A stretch of DNA of 64,000 nucleotides from an uncultured delta proteobacterium (lineage in GTDB: Bacteria > Myxococcota > Myxococcia > Myxococcales > Myxococcaceae). The DNA is taken from assembly GCA_963776345.1 (NCBI GenBank), contig CAVZMH010000013.1, forward strand, positions 32,001 through 96,000, in the 5' to 3' direction. The notes under the pieces were generated by a model. That model was not told the DNA's origin. It saw only the letters and a list, made by a program, of their open reading frames with translations, and did no database searches. Positions 63,681 to 64,000 of this stretch are shown piece by piece. The position numbers and the translations under genes are program-made. Position 1 is the stretch's first letter. Each line of letters starts with the position of its first letter.

Positions 63681-63730
63681 GTCGAGCGCCGCATCGTGCC
63701 ATAAACGAGGGCGCCGTCTCTCTGGCAACG

Positions 63731-64000
63731 ATGCTCGACAGCTCGCTCCAGCTCCTCTCGGTCTCGCCCTTCCCGCCCTCGCCTCCGTCGTTCGGTGCCC
63801 AGCGCCGGATCCACGGGCTGCTCTCGGCGCTCGCCCATCGCCACGCCGTCACCGCGCTCACCCTGGTGTCACCGGAGACCGATCGCGCCGAGGTGGAGCG
63901 GGCGATGCGGGACTACTGCCAGGATGTGGCGCTGGTGACCGCCCGGAGCGGGCGGGGGCTGGCCAAGCGGTGGATGCAGCTGCGGGCGCTCGTCTCGTCC
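63731..64000 (+). CDS. Glycosyltransferase (GT4-like N-terminus), 3'-truncated by the window edge
   Basis: Manual translation: MLDSSLQLLSVSPFPPSPPSFGAQRRIHGLLSALAHRHAVTALTL..., open to the end of the window. Confidence 0.65.
   Translation, partial: MLDSSLQLLSVSPFPPSPPSFGAQRRIHGLLSALAHRHAVTALTLVSPETDRAEVERAMRDYCQDVALVTARSGRGLAKRWMQLRALVSS

Noticed and set aside
63685..63705. Sigma-54 promoter upstream of asnB (TGGCACG on the minus strand)
   Set aside because: The -12 GC is off by one base, TTGC is absent, and the site is too close to the start codon.
60774..63728. 984-aa AsnB-GT2 fusion ORF
   Set aside because: The frameshift near 62368 diverts the frame. The AsnB C-terminus is in ORF 61739..62269 and GT2 starts at 61742.

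Overview
Very GC-rich bacterial chromosome window, most consistent with a myxobacterium (Myxococcota); this is inferred from gene content and order. From left to right: (1) the edge of an integrative element, with a Xis-like HTH gene and a tyrosine integrase whose reading frame runs into and stops inside the antisense strand of tRNA-Gly(CCC); (2) DUF72 plus a complete homogentisate pathway (fahA-like, maiA, hppD, hmgA), a radical SAM protein, an M13 peptidase, serC and DUF1015; (3) two divergent GT-C-like membrane proteins, an ScfR-family regulator with a candidate operator, pepA, pyrF, a DsbA-like gene, lpxC, yebC-ruvCAB and a DsbD-like gene; (4) an iscSUA-hscBA-fdx operon with no iscR but an IscR-like box, followed by tRNA-Leu(CAG); (5) a ~27 kb Wzx-type exopolysaccharide locus that continues past the right edge. 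Its export core resembles M. xanthus epsZ/Y/X/W/V plus a BY pseudokinase, and it carries an unusual CDP-sugar/C-methyltransferase/aminotransferase/PIG-L/DUF4910 tailoring cassette. At least 8 genes carry +1 frameshifts (about 12 in total), which look like sequencing or assembly insertion errors. All product calls come from motif recognition by eye; no database searches were run.
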